This document shows, piece by piece, positions 35,195 to 47,335 of a stretch of DNA of 64,000 nt (its first letter is position 1; each line of letters opens with the position of its first letter). Where the stretch lies: contig OX597815.1 in NCBI GenBank assembly GCA_951406725.2, positions 15,438,001-15,502,000 on the forward strand. The letters run 5' to 3'. The notes beneath the pieces were generated by a model that saw only the letters and a program-made list of their open reading frames with translations, did no database searches and was not told the origin of the DNA. The translations under genes were made by a program, and so were the position numbers. This DNA is from Octopus vulgaris. Lineage: Eukaryota.

Positions 35195-35994
35195 GTATAG
35201 TAGGGTCAATTAGGCACCATCTGTGAGAAAAACAGCACCATGACGCAATTCACTCTGCCAGAAATTTGGAAGCGACTTTCTGTACTGCTTGGCATTCATG
35301 TTGGAAGATGCAATACAAATATTTCAGAGTGTTTGGGTGTGAATCGGAGAACAGTGTAATCTCACAACATGTACAGAGAGTGATAAAAATCAAACATCTA
35401 GTCAACATCATGATGTTCGGAGTGATCACTAGTGATGGTGAGGTTATGCCTCCATCTTCCCACACGGCATCACACTCAACACAGATGCCTATATCAAGTG
35501 CCTGGAGAAGGTAATACTGCTCTGGGTCAAGAGGGTGGCTGCTGGAAGACCCTATGTCTGGCAACAGGACTCTGCACCATGCCACACAACCAGGAGAACC
35601 CAGCCGTGGTTGTCAGACAATTTCTGCAACCACAACACCCCTAGCATCTGGCCACCTTACTCCCCAGACTGCAATTCCCTTCATTATTATATATGAGATG
35701 CAGTTGAGCGAGAGACCAACAAAACTTCTTGTAACACCAAAGATGAACTGAAGGCAAGGATTATGGCAGCTTTCACCAACTTAAACAAGGAGACCATTCA
35801 GAAGAGTTGCAGGAGATTCTGAAGTCATCTGGAGGCTGTGGTTGAAGCCAATGGCGATTTTATTGAAGAAATTTATTCTTTAGTATTTCAAGATATTTTT
35901 ATGTAATTTTGGTAAATATATCTTTTAAAATGAGATGTCAGTGTTATTTTCATTTTTGCATAATTTAGACAACAATTTATGCACCACACCCTGT
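35195..35994 (+). mobile_element. Decayed Tc1/mariner-superfamily (maT/DD37D-like) element
   Basis: MMFGVITSDGEVMPP, VWQQDSAPCH and WPPYSPDCN motifs across frameshifts; ends ..ACCCTG/TA. Confidence 0.72.
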
Positions 35995-36191
35995 ACATAC
36001 ATACATACATACATACACACATGCATGCATGCATTCATGCATGCAAGCAAAAATACCCTGCTGATGTTGTTGAAATTCCAAGGAAGGAGCCTTGGATCTA
36101 GGTCAGAAACTGTTTTTTTCTCTATTGGCAAGAAGCTTGAAATAAAACTGAATAATGACATATATACATAAATACATAAATACATAAATAA

Positions 36192-36248
<57 letters not shown>

Positions 36249-36501
36249 AATATAAATAATATATAAATATATGCATATATACATACCTATATATATATGT
36301 ATATACGCATGCATATATGGGTACAGCACATCAAAACAACATTGAACACAATGAGAAACGAAAATATAAAAACAAAAACATAGAAAAACGAACATTTTTC
36401 AAACAACAAAAAAAACCCAGAGAAACGAGACATACAACGTAATGAATATTCCCCTTCTTCAGTTGTCCCTGTTTCATCTACTCTGCGTTTCGAAGGTAAG
36501 G

Positions 36502-36586
<85 letters not shown>

Positions 36587-36754
36587 GCACACAAACACGC
36601 GTGCGCACACACGCACGCACACACACACACACACACAAAGGAAGAGAAAGAGCAATAAAGAAAGAAGCATATTACTAAATGAACCCGTGCCAAAAGAGGT
36701 AAAGGTTAATTTCTCATCCTCTAATATCCACATACAAATTCTTGTATTACTTAC

Positions 36755-36823
36755 TGGTGGTCCATCATCTTCAGGAAGGAAACCCTTATTGTGGTAGATT
36801 GAACTCATTGTAAAATCATTGGG
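36755..36823 (-). CDS. Cadherin-related protein cytoplasmic exon
   Basis: ttttcag PNDFTMSSIYHNKGFLPEDDGPP gtaagt; 69 nt, phase 0-0. Confidence 0.78.
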
Positions 36824-36834
36824 CTGAAAATAGC

Positions 36835-36890
<56 letters not shown>

Positions 36891-36891
<1 letters not shown>

Positions 36892-37340
36892 GTATCTGTC
36901 AAGACCTACCAAAAACTGAGCAAATATAAAGATCTTGAAATAGAAATCAGCAAAATGTGGAAGCTGAAGACTAAAACAATACCTGTTGTCATAGGTGCCC
37001 TGGGAATGATAGCAAAAGGGGCTGATTGCTACCTAACTCAGATACCAGGAAACCCAAAAATGGCAGAAATTCAAAAGATAGTGCTCATAGGAACTGCTCA
37101 TATCCTACACAAAATACTTTCTATGTAATCTCAAGGTTTAGAACAAACATAATTTTCGTTTTTTTTTTTTTTAGACATTCACTAGTACAACACCAAAAAA
37201 AAAACAAATATATGGCACACTAGGCATAACAACAACATGAACTTCCAACCTGTTGTCTCTTGAGGTCTCTGGGTGAGACTTGGAGCCAACTTGTACAAAT
37301 ATAAAGCAAAAGTCAAACATAGAATAATAATAATAATAAT
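36891..37340 (+). mobile_element. R4/Dong-like (restriction-like endonuclease) non-LTR retrotransposon 3' end in (AAT)n
   Basis: VSVKTYQKLSKYKDLEIEISKMWKLKTKTIPVVIGALGMI..IQKIVLIGTAHILHKILSM*, flanked by (AAT)n. Confidence 0.8.
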
Positions 37341-38089
37341 AAATTTTTTTGATTTAAAAAATAAAATCTCGAGAAGTGCGTGGAATAAATAGGGGCTGCA
37401 GTAAGGGTGGAGCACTTGCAGAAAAACAGCATTGCTTGGGACTTCTCGAATACTCCGGAAGGTGCTCGAAAAATAAGGGAGGAGGAGGAGGAGGAGGAGG
37501 AGGAGGATCTACCTAGTTCATTTACCAAGAAATCCAAAAATGGAAGAAATTTAAAAAATAGTGCTCAAGGGAACTGCCCATATCCAATGTATAATATGTC
37601 TTCTGATCTTAACTGATTGGAAGTGTTATCATGTACATTGTTTTGTCTTGGTATAAAAGATGGGCTACAGTGAATATTCTGTTAAATACCACAGATTTGC
37701 TTGTCAGTTGTTTGACCTTAGCCAGTTAGGCATGTCCCTTATTGGCTGACGATATGTACATCTCTGATCATGAGCAGAAGTAGTGGGGGAGCATCATAGC
37801 CATGTGTTGAGAGGGATTCTTTGGGGTTTGAATAATTCACCTCTGGAAACATGGGTGTTTCATTCAACATCCTTAAACAACCCTTATTCAAGGACCATTT
37901 GAGCAGGATGGGTTACTCGACCAGAAGAAAATTCTAACTGGGCCCCACCTGCAAGGTCATGTGCTGCTTCTCTTCATATGAGATCAATGTTATAGGAAAA
38001 TGTAACCTAACTCCCTTCTATTATCTGGACTTTCAGTACCATCTTTAGAAGAACATTGGAAATAAAAACTAGATATAGCTTTAGCTTAC

Positions 38090-38102
38090 CTTTTCAGGAG
38101 GT
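38090..38102 (-). CDS. Cadherin-related protein 13-nt microexon
   Basis: tttacttccag ACCTCCTGAAAAG gtaagc; (P)PPEK; phase 2-0 restores the frame for the next exon. Confidence 0.65.
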
Positions 38103-38716
38103 CTGGAAGTAAATATAAATTGAAATTTAAATAAAGTGAAAATTTAATATCTTACAAGACAACAATAACAAAGCAGAAAATATAAATAAAAGCAGGACTA
38201 TTTGGTTGTGTCTTCTCATGATGTTCTGTCATGAAGATGAGCGAACCTTTAGCAGCATTCATCACAACCTTTTGGCTAAAATATGATCAATGTTGACTGA
38301 GAAATGGTTGACACTCACTGACGATACATCGAAGCGGCCAGGGAACAGAAGAAAGAAGAAGAAAGAAGACATGTACTCAACACCAGAGCTGAAGACACCT
38401 CCGAAAGGGGGCGGAGGCACCACATCAAAACGGTAGAGGAGTAGGGGCTGAAACTGGACATGGTTCCTCTTGATGATGTCTTGAGCTAACTGGATCCTAT
38501 AAAGGAGCTGTTGTGGTAGCAGACCATGAAACACAGTTGTAATTCCTGGTGATCAAGACACTGCACACACACACATTTTATCTATGTGTGAGCATCTTTT
38601 CGCTATATGCAAGAAAATCTTGAAAAATGTTTCTTTTATCTTCCATCTTAGTAAATTAATTAAAAACATTTTCTTTTTTTTTTCTGTATTTAATTTCAGT
38701 TTAATTTCCCTATATT

Positions 38717-39003
38717 TGCAATGGCTCAGTGGTTAGGGCAGCGGACTCGCGGTCGGAGGATCGCGGTTTCGATTCCCAGACCGGGCGTTGTGTGTGTTTA
38801 TTGAGCGAAAACACCTAAAAGCTCCACAAGGTTCCGGCAGGGGGTGGTGATCCCTGCTGTACTCTTTCACCACTCTTTCTTCTGTTGGCCTGCTCGCTTA
38901 GCCAGCGGGGTGGCGTCATTCAAAGGCTAAAACAATGCAAACGCATTGTGACAAGCGATGTGTAACAACATCTGATGGTCTGGTCGGTCACGTGATCACG
39001 TGA
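38717..39003 (+). mobile_element. SINE family C head with an alternative 3' tail
   Basis: Same head up to CTGTACTCTTTCACCAC, then an unrelated tail ending (TCACGTGA)2. Confidence 0.75.
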
Positions 39004-39098
39004 TATTTGCACCAATTGCACTCTATATTTTCAGACAGGTAGTTGCAATATTTCATGTCATCTTAAGTGCAAAGTATTTTTGCTACTATATTAATTAT

Positions 39099-39487
39099 AC
39101 TCTCTTTTACTTGTTTCAGTCATTCGACTGCAACCATGCTGGAGCACAGCCTTTAGTCAAGCAAGTCGACCCCAGGACTTATTCTTTGTAAGCCTAGTAC
39201 TTATTCTATCAGTCTCTTTTGCCGAACCACTAAGTTACGGGGACGTAAACACACCAGCATCGGTTGTCAAGCGATATTGGGGGGACAAACACAGATGCAC
39301 ATACACACATATATATACATATACATATATACGACGGGCTTCTTTCAGTTTCCGTCTACCAAATCCACTCACAAGGCTTTGGTCGGCCCGAGGCTATAGT
39401 AGAAGACACTTGCCCAAGGTGACACGCAGTGGGACTGAACCCGGAACCATGTGGTTGGTAAGCAAGCTACTTACCACACAGCCACTT
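39099..39487 (-). mobile_element. SINE family B copy
   Basis: Reverse complement of the 60373-60836 family. Confidence 0.8.
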
Positions 39488-39990
39488 CTGTGACAAGAAT
39501 CTATGACTGTAAAGGTGGACACAAGTAGATAAAAATATTTGATAAAAATTGATTAAGCTTGCTGCTCGTTTCAAAACAAACAGAAAGAAAAATTGATTGA
39601 AATACAACTTTACAAAGTGGTTAAAAGTATATCTTCTCTGCTCAAATTTTCCAGAGATGAGTAACAGACCATCCTTAGATAACATGGACAAGATTTTGAT
39701 TTTGACCACTCTGTACATGAATACAGCAGAGTCTTTGAAAAATATACACTCATATCTCTATGCATTTAACAAAGAACTTGTCTTTTGAAATCTTTCCTAT
39801 ATTATTAAATATATACCCGGTGCCTACATACAACTTGGTGAACTGCACTAGTTAAGTATTTATAACGAGCTTTTGACTTCTATTAACTTCTTTTAACTTA
39901 GCTTTGCTTCTCCTGACTTATTCAGATACAATACTTCTCTCTCCCCTTTCACCTTCCTAACCTCTTCTACTAACAACATTACCCTGTTGT

Positions 39991-40280
39991 CATGTAATGT
40001 TATGGGTTGGCCCTGCCCCCCTAGCGAATCTCCAACATGTCGTGTAATGTTATGGTTCGCCCTGCCCCTCTGGCGAATCTCCAACGTCATGTAATGTTAT
40101 GGGTTGGCCCTGCCCCTCTGGCAAATCTCCGACACATCATGTAATGTTATGGATCGCCCTGCCCCTCTGGCAAATCTCTGACATCACGTAATGTTATGGG
40201 TTGGCCCTGCCCCTCTGGCGAATCTCCAACACGTCGTGTAATGTTATGGGTTGACCCTACCCCTCTGGCGAATCCCCAAT
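39991..40280. repeat. ~49-bp minisatellite, 6 units
   Basis: Unit CATGTAATGTTATGGGTTGGCCCTGCCCCTCTGGCGAATCTCCAACACGT. Confidence 0.9.
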
Positions 40281-40422
40281 ATTAGTTAAGTGATTATATA
40301 CCAGTGCCAATGGGAAGATATGAACTACCAATCTTTTAATTACTAATCTGATACCATATCAACTCTATGTCTTTGCTAATACAAGAATAAAACAAAGGAA
40401 GTATAAAATGCATTTTACTTAC

Positions 40423-40438
40423 GGAGCCAAACTCTGGG
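40423..40438 (-). CDS. Cadherin-related protein 16-nt microexon
   Basis: ttttattttattacag CCCAGAGTTTGGCTCC gtaagt; (A)QSLA(P); phase 1-2. Confidence 0.65.
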
Positions 40439-40579
40439 CTGTAATAAAATAAAATAAAAACAATTATCATTGGTGTTGACAATGCCAGTATTGTTGTTTT
40501 ACATTTATTCTTCTATGCAAGCCTAAAGCAAAAGGGCTTAGGAAAGCTGGGACTTTGTAATTATCATTACAGTTATATA

Positions 40580-41200
40580 ATAATAATAATAATAATAATT
40601 GTGTACAGTGCTCAGGTGCACTACAACTCATCTAAAGTGTATATATAATCAGGTGAAGTTTCGGCGGATTTCGGAAAGCATGAGGGCCTTAAAAGATGCA
40701 GTGTCATGGCAGTCAACAACTGACGCAGGCAGTTTATTCCATGCTTCAGCAACTCTGAGCGTGAAAAAATGTTTCCGAAAGTCATGGGAGCTGTATTGTT
40801 TTCTGACTTTGTAGGCATGTCCACGTGTGTTAGACACATGGAGATCAAAAAGGTGTTCAGTGTTGTTGTTGGTGAGGTGGTTGATAACTTTGTGGGTGTT
40901 TACCAAGTCCGTCGCCAAACGCCGGAGCTTCAGTGAATCCATGCCCAGGGAAACAAGGCGCTCAGAATATGGTAGGTGTCTGATGGAGGGTATGCGTTTG
41001 GTTGCACGTCTCTGGACAGATTCCAGGAGGTCAATGTTCTGTGCAAGATAGGGGTTCCAAACTGATGATGCGAATTCCAAGTGTGGTCGTACCATAGCTG
41101 TATACAGTTTTAAATAGATGGCTGGAGAGCGGCTAACAAAAGACCTGCTGAGTGATGCCAAGACACCCTCGGCCTTCCTGACAATCTTAGAGATATGCTT
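40580..41200 (-). mobile_element. CR1-clade LINE 3' fragment
   Basis: KLYTAMVRPHLEFASSVWNPYLAQNIDLLESVQRRATKRIP.. Confidence 0.88.
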
Positions 41201-41394
41201 TGATATGTCCACACTACCACCATAAAATCCAAGTGAAACCTGTTGTTGGCCTGGTACCCTGAAGTAAGCAGAGCTATGCCCTTTGCCAATGGACAACTAA
41301 TGAGTGTATTAAATTCTTTTGTAAGTCATTAGTTGAAATTTACTGCAATTGTTTTATTGTTTCTGAACAGAATATATAATTTGATAAACTGCCT

Positions 41395-41970
41395 GACTGG
41401 CCCTCATGCTGGTGGCACGTAAAAGCACCCATTACAATCTCAGAGTGGTTGGTGTTAGGAAGGGCATCCAGCTGTAGAAACTCTGCCAGATCAAGATTGG
41501 AGTCTGGTGCAGCCATCTGGTTCTAGCACGGGTTCGACGGTTCGACCGGGGTCTGGGAAGCCAGGAGGCTGCACCAGGCTCCAGTCTGATCTGGCAATGT
41601 TTCTACAGCTGGATGCCCTTCCTAACGCCAACCACTCCGTGAGTGTAGTGGGTGCTTTTTATGTGCCACTGGCACAGGTACCAGGGGAGGCTAGCAGTGG
41701 TCATGATCGGTTGGTGCTTTTTACGTGCCACCAGCACAGAAGCCAGTCAAGGCAGCACTGGCATCGGCCACGTTCGGATGGTGCTTTTTACGTGCCACCA
41801 GCACTGGTATCACAACTACAATATCCATTTGATATTTATTTTTATGATGATGTACTTGACTCAATAGGTCTCCTCAAGCACAGCAGGTCATGTGTCACCG
41901 GCACAGAAGCCAGTCAAGGTGGCGCTGGCATCGGCCACATTCGGATGGTGCTTTTTACATGCCGCTGGCA
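41395..41970. mobile_element. Two RTE-type 3' ends fused tail-to-tail
   Basis: + copy at 41395-41522 directly joined to a - copy at 41523-41970. Confidence 0.78.
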
Positions 41971-42149
41971 CAATTTATTGAAAACATTTCCCTCTACCAC
42001 CTGAAACTACTTCTTTTTGAGATGGGTAAGCTATTTTAGAAAAACCTTCAGTTGTTTGTAAGGAAATATATTATTTTCCATTTGTTGATTTTTTTGTTGA
42101 TTATTTGTTGATTATTTTCCATTTTTCCATTTGTTCCATTTGTCCCAGC

Positions 42150-42665
42150 AGGACAAGTGAGTCCATAACCCGTGGCCTTCTACATGGGATGGAGCCAGCC
42201 TACGTATGCATACCTTCCCTTCTTGGGACACAAAACTCTACTTGTGAAGACCTGTTGAGGCAAGTGAGGATCAGAATCGAAATCGATCAATGGAAACTGC
42301 AGATGTGTTACCAGTGCCGGTGGCATGTAAGAGAACCTTCCGTTTCGCGACCGTTGCCAGCACCGCCCCGTTTCGTGTCCATTGCCAGCCTCGCCTGGCC
42401 CTCGTGCCGGTGGCACATAAAAAGCACCATCCGTTCGTGGCCGTTTGCCAGCTCTGTCTGGCACCTGTGCAGGTGGCACGTAAAAAGCACCCACTACACT
42501 CTCGGAGTGGTTGGCGTTAGGAAGGGCATCCAGCCGTAGAAACACTGCCAGATTTGACTGGGCCTGATGAAGCCTTCTGGCTTCACAGACCCCAGTAGAA
42601 CCGTCCAACCCATGCTAGCATGGAAAACGGACGCTAAACGATGATGATGATGATGATGATGATGA
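42150..42665 (+). mobile_element. RTE-type 3' end, young subfamily
   Basis: Near-identical to 52700-53105. Confidence 0.8.
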
Positions 42666-42979
42666 TATACAATAATTGTGAAATTAAAATAAAATGTCAT
42701 GAAATCATTCTGTCATTCACTGAAACTTATCTTTTACTACTTGATTTATGTATGAGGAATTTTGGTTATTTCTCTGAAATGTTATGTTAATATTGTAGAC
42801 ATAATTATCCTAAAACAAATTCCCTTTTCGTATTAGTTGTCTGCCTCATACCCTATTTTTCAAATATGAGAGTTTTTATGTGGTTACTCAGTCTACTAGA
42901 TATAGCAGCCAAGTCACATTAAAATCAACCAGAAAGACATTGTAATGATGAAAACAAAATAATAACGGCTGATATTTAC

Positions 42980-43011
42980 CATATGTGACTTTCTCAATTG
43001 TCTTTTTCTTC
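42980..43011 (-). CDS. Cadherin-related protein 32-nt juxtamembrane exon
   Basis: ctacag (S)KKKTIEKVTY gtaaat; basic stop-transfer residues follow the TM helix; phase 2-1. Confidence 0.7.
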
Positions 43012-43879
43012 CTGTAGTTGAAAATGAAAGAAAAATGAAGTAAATAATGGGATAAATTATTAATAAAGGAAATATGAGAAACAGAAAATAAATCTATGTT
43101 TTAATATAAATTTTTGTTTTACTTTATTTTATTTATTTATATATTCATTTACTTGTCATCTACATGCTACCCAAATTGAATTGAGGATGTGCTGAAGGAT
43201 AGCGTTCACATCTCGGAAATAAAGTTCCAATCAGCTTTGTTCCAGTCAAAGTAAATATCTTGAAGGTAGTGGCAGCCTTTTCTTGTGCCCATAACAGGAA
43301 GTGGCAAAGAGAGCATTGTGTATCTTATCTTCTGCTATAATTATTAATAAATTATATTTCTCTGTCATTTGTATTGAATCCTGCAATTTATCACATCTGG
43401 TAAGGTGGTGAGCTGGCAAAAAAGGTGCTACGCAGTGAGACTGAACCCCGAACCATGTGGTTGGTAAGTAAGCTACTTACCACACAGCCACTCCTACACC
43501 TATTATTAGACTTTTTAGCTGGATTCCCAAGCATAACTAACTGAGATTATGGATATTATCCAGCCATCTTTTTTTTGTCTGTCCGTAGGTCTTCTACGAG
43601 TTGGTTTGGCTTGAAGAATACATTTTGCAATTCTTTCCCGCAATATTCGACTCATATGTTCATAGTACTGGAGCTGTGACTTCTCAATATAATGCCTTGA
43701 CCTGGAGAAACTAACTGGAGTTCAAGCCCTGTTAAAGCATTTAACAAAATACAAAAGGATAAAACAAAAGAAACAATGGAAAGTTCAAGTTTTATTGTCA
43801 GAATAGATTTTAGCATTTTATATATTATATTGTGTTAATTATTGTGTAACGAGGAGGCAAGTTGAACGGGTGGGGATGA

Positions 43880-44472
43880 TAAGGAAGAGAAGAGGAGGGG
43901 TGAGAGATGCAGAAGGAAGAGGAAGAGGAGAATAAAAAGAAGGAGAAGGAGAAAGAGAAGAAGAAGAAGAAGAAGAAGAAGAAGAAGAATGAGAAGAAGA
44001 AGGAGAAGAAGAAGAAGAAGAAGAAGAAGGAGAAGAAGAAGAAGGAGGAGGAGGAGGAGAATAAAAAGAAGGAGACGGAGAAAGAGAAGAAGAAGAAGAA
44101 TGAGAAGAAGAAAGAAGAAGAAGAAGAAGAAGAAGAAGAAGAAAAAGAAGAAGAGGAGGAGGAGGAGGAGGAGGAGAAGGAGGAGAAGGAGACGGAGAAA
44201 GAGAAGAAGAAGAAGAATGAGAAGAAGAAAGAGAAGAAGAAGAAAAAGAAGAAGAAGAAGAAGAAGAAGAAGAAGGAGGAGGAGGAGGAGGAGAATAAAA
44301 AGAAGGAGACGGAGAAAGAGAAGAAGAAGAAGAAGAAGAAGAAGAAGAATGAGAAGAAGAAAGAGAAGAAGAAGAAGAAGAAAGTAAAGATAAAGATTAG
44401 ATACTGTAGTAATAGAAGCAGTACAATAGTTACAGTATTAATAGTAGCAATGGTACAGTAGTAGTAGTAGTG

Positions 44473-44506
<34 letters not shown>

Positions 44507-44531
44507 CAGCAGCAGCAGCAGCAGTGGTAGT

Positions 44532-44564
<33 letters not shown>

Positions 44565-44614
44565 CAGCAGCAGTAGTAGTTAGTAGTAGTAGTAGTAGTA
44601 GCAGCAGTAGTAGT

Positions 44615-44699
<85 letters not shown>

Positions 44700-44705
44700 C
44701 AGTAG
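43880..44705. repeat. Compound (GAA/GAG)n and (AGT/AGC)n microsatellite
   Basis: Directly visible. Confidence 0.95.
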
Positions 44706-44726
44706 AAGGCAGGTAAAAATACTCAC

Positions 44727-44851
44727 GACTGAGCTATACAACAACATGCAACAGCAAAGAGGAGGAGGGCCAGTAGGACGAAGAGGATCACTAGAATCAT
44801 GATGAGCAGTAATGAGAAGTTGTTTTCTGAGTCATCCGATGTTTGAGCAAC
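44727..44851 (-). CDS. Cadherin-related protein transmembrane exon
   Basis: VAQTSDDSENNFSLLLIMILVILFVLLALLLFAVACCCIAQ: one hydrophobic helix plus a CCC cluster; tacaag..gtgagt; phase 0-2. Confidence 0.88.
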
Positions 44852-44864
44852 CTTGTAAATATAT

Positions 44865-44896
<32 letters not shown>

Positions 44897-46287
44897 AATC
44901 ACCATCATCATCATCATCATCATTGTCATTATCACCATCACCACCACCACCACCACTACTATTAGTACTATCACCACTCCCATAACTTTTCCCTTATTGA
45001 GTCTTCATCAAGACCACGTAACACATCCAATCTTCAGCAAGTTCTCACTAATCCATCGCCAAATCCTATACAAGTTGTCACCAAGACCTCATCAACACTA
45101 CACCTGAACTCTTTGCATGAACACCACCCTGTACATAACTCCATGTCCCCCTACATGGCCTTGCTTTTTGCTTTTTGAGCCAAAAAATTAACTTAACTTA
45201 ACTTAACTTAACTTAATTTAACACCAAATACTCATCAAGCCTTCACCAAACCCTCACTATATATACCCTGGAATATAGATTTCTTTATTAAGCCACACAG
45301 GGCCAAACACAGAGGGAGCAATGCAATGTAGAATTTTTCTTTTCAAAACTGATCAATAGGGATTGAAAACGTTTTGGGAGACAAAGGATAACAAAGTGTC
45401 ATTTTAACAACTGAAATTCTCAAAAGAGGTGGGGAAATAAAACACTGACTAGGGTTATCTGTGAAAGAAAAATCTACGAAAAACACCACAGTAACCTCAG
45501 TAAAAACCATGAGATCAAAGTGCCGTTTGTCTTTTTGTTCTATAGGTTCATGTTCAAAGTGTGTCCATTATTCATGAGTACCATCCTTGCTACATTCACC
45601 CACCTTTTATTGATGCTACATTCACCCACCTTTTATTCATTAGATGAAACTTCCCTCTCTACTTTCACTTTCCTTTTCAGGTAATACTTGAAAAAGTTGA
45701 TGAGAAGTGGGCCAGAGAGGAAAGCAATTGTCTCTAAGCCTTTCAAGCAAGTCTACCCTAGAATATGAGTTCAACCATTAAAGGAATGACCAATGATACA
45801 AAGCTATCTGTTTGTGAGTTTCCGTTCTTTAGTATTCCATTGACTACTTCCATTCAACAATCTGCTCATTCAGATCCAGCTGAAGCAACCCAACAATTAT
45901 GATAATGCTTCTTCTACTCATACTTCTCATGGTTAGCCGAACACCTACCATTTCCACTGACTCAAACATATATTGTCTTGAGTCTAAAAAGAGCCTCTAA
46001 GTGTTTGATCTATCTGCTAGAAATAGCAATCAATTCTAATTCAGATAACACCCTACTGTTTTAATAAAAGAAAGACATATTAAATAATTGGTTTTGGTAT
46101 CCGGTTTGCAAGATTCCCCTTGTGAATTCGTGTGTTGAAACAAATTTTGTTGTGTCTGGGGAGACTGGTGCCTAAATATAACACACTCACTGGTTCAGTT
46201 TCCATTTATTTATTTATTCTTCCTATTTATTTCAGAAAGCTTTCTTGTTGCCATATTTGCAACTGTTTCAATGGATTTTGACTGACC

Positions 46288-46704
46288 TCTTTTACTCTTT
46301 TACTGGTTTCAGTCATTTGACTGTGGCCATGCTGGAGCACCGCCTTTTAGTCGAGCAAATCGACCCCAGGACTTATTCTTTGTAAGCCTAGTACTTATAC
46401 TATCAGTCTCTTTTGCTGAACCGCTAAGTTACAGGGATGTAAACACCACCATCAGTTGTCAAGCAATGTTGTGGGGACAAACAGACATACACACACATGC
46501 GCACACACACACACACACACACATGTATATATATATATAATATACAACGGGCTTCTTTCAGTTTCCATCTACTAAATCCACTCACAAGGCTTTGGTCGGC
46601 CTGAGGCTATAGTAGAAGACAATTGTCTAAGGTGCCACGCAGAGGGAATGAACTCGGAACCATATGATTGGTAAGCAAGCTACTTACCACACACCCACTC
46701 CTGC
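46288..46704 (-). mobile_element. SINE family B copy
   Basis: Reverse complement of the 60373-60836 family. Confidence 0.8.
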
Positions 46705-47114
46705 ACTTTACCCACTCCATCCATGCTTTGCTCACTGTGACTTTCCCCAGACACAACATATCAAATAGTGTAGCTCTAAATACAATATATATATGAATAA
46801 CAGATGGATTAGTCACATCTGGAACACATTTGGTCTGCTAGATCAAGGCCGACTTAGGATTAAACAATAACACTGGATATGGAACATGGAGTAGGCTGCT
46901 TAAAGTATTTCTCTGGCCACACTTGAGAAGTTTTTGCATATTGTTGTTGTTATTTAATCCAGGTCAATCATTTTTGCACAGACTTCTGATCAGAGGTATT
47001 CCAACCATGATACTCAAATCACATCCTAACATTTAAAAAAAAAGTTAAAGACTCATCAGATAATGTGGTCCTAGTATCTGGAACTATATTATCAAATGCC
47101 TATCAGTTTTTTAA

Positions 47115-47335
47115 CCCTTTTGTTACTGTATTTATTTTGAGATGCTCTGTGTTTCTTCCAATTATTTTAAATGTAACAAAGAATTTAGTAAAATAATATT
47201 GTTATCATTGAGCTAGTGTTAAGAACATAAATTGTGACTAAGGTTTGGTGGAAGATTTGAATTCAAAACTTATGAAAACAAGACATTTGTACTAAAGAGC
47301 CAGAACCGGTTTCAGCCGGGTTGGTAACAAAAGGG
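47115..47335. mobile_element. piggyBac-type MITE
   Basis: TTAA on both sides; TIR CCCTTTTGTTAC / GTAACAAAAGGG. Confidence 0.82.

Noticed and set aside
39991-40280. Tandem CTCF sites (CGCCAGAGGGGCAG)
   Set aside because: The spacing has an extra G relative to the CTCF core as I recall it. It cannot be supported without a PWM scan or ChIP data.
42564-42590. CTGATGA followed by a small hairpin (also near 53010)
   Set aside because: No GAAA or stem III follows. It is a point variant of CTGGTGCAGCC in the RTE 3' end.
43907-44461. Lys/Glu-rich and poly-Arg ORFs
   Set aside because: GAA/GAG microsatellite antisense to the cadherin intron.
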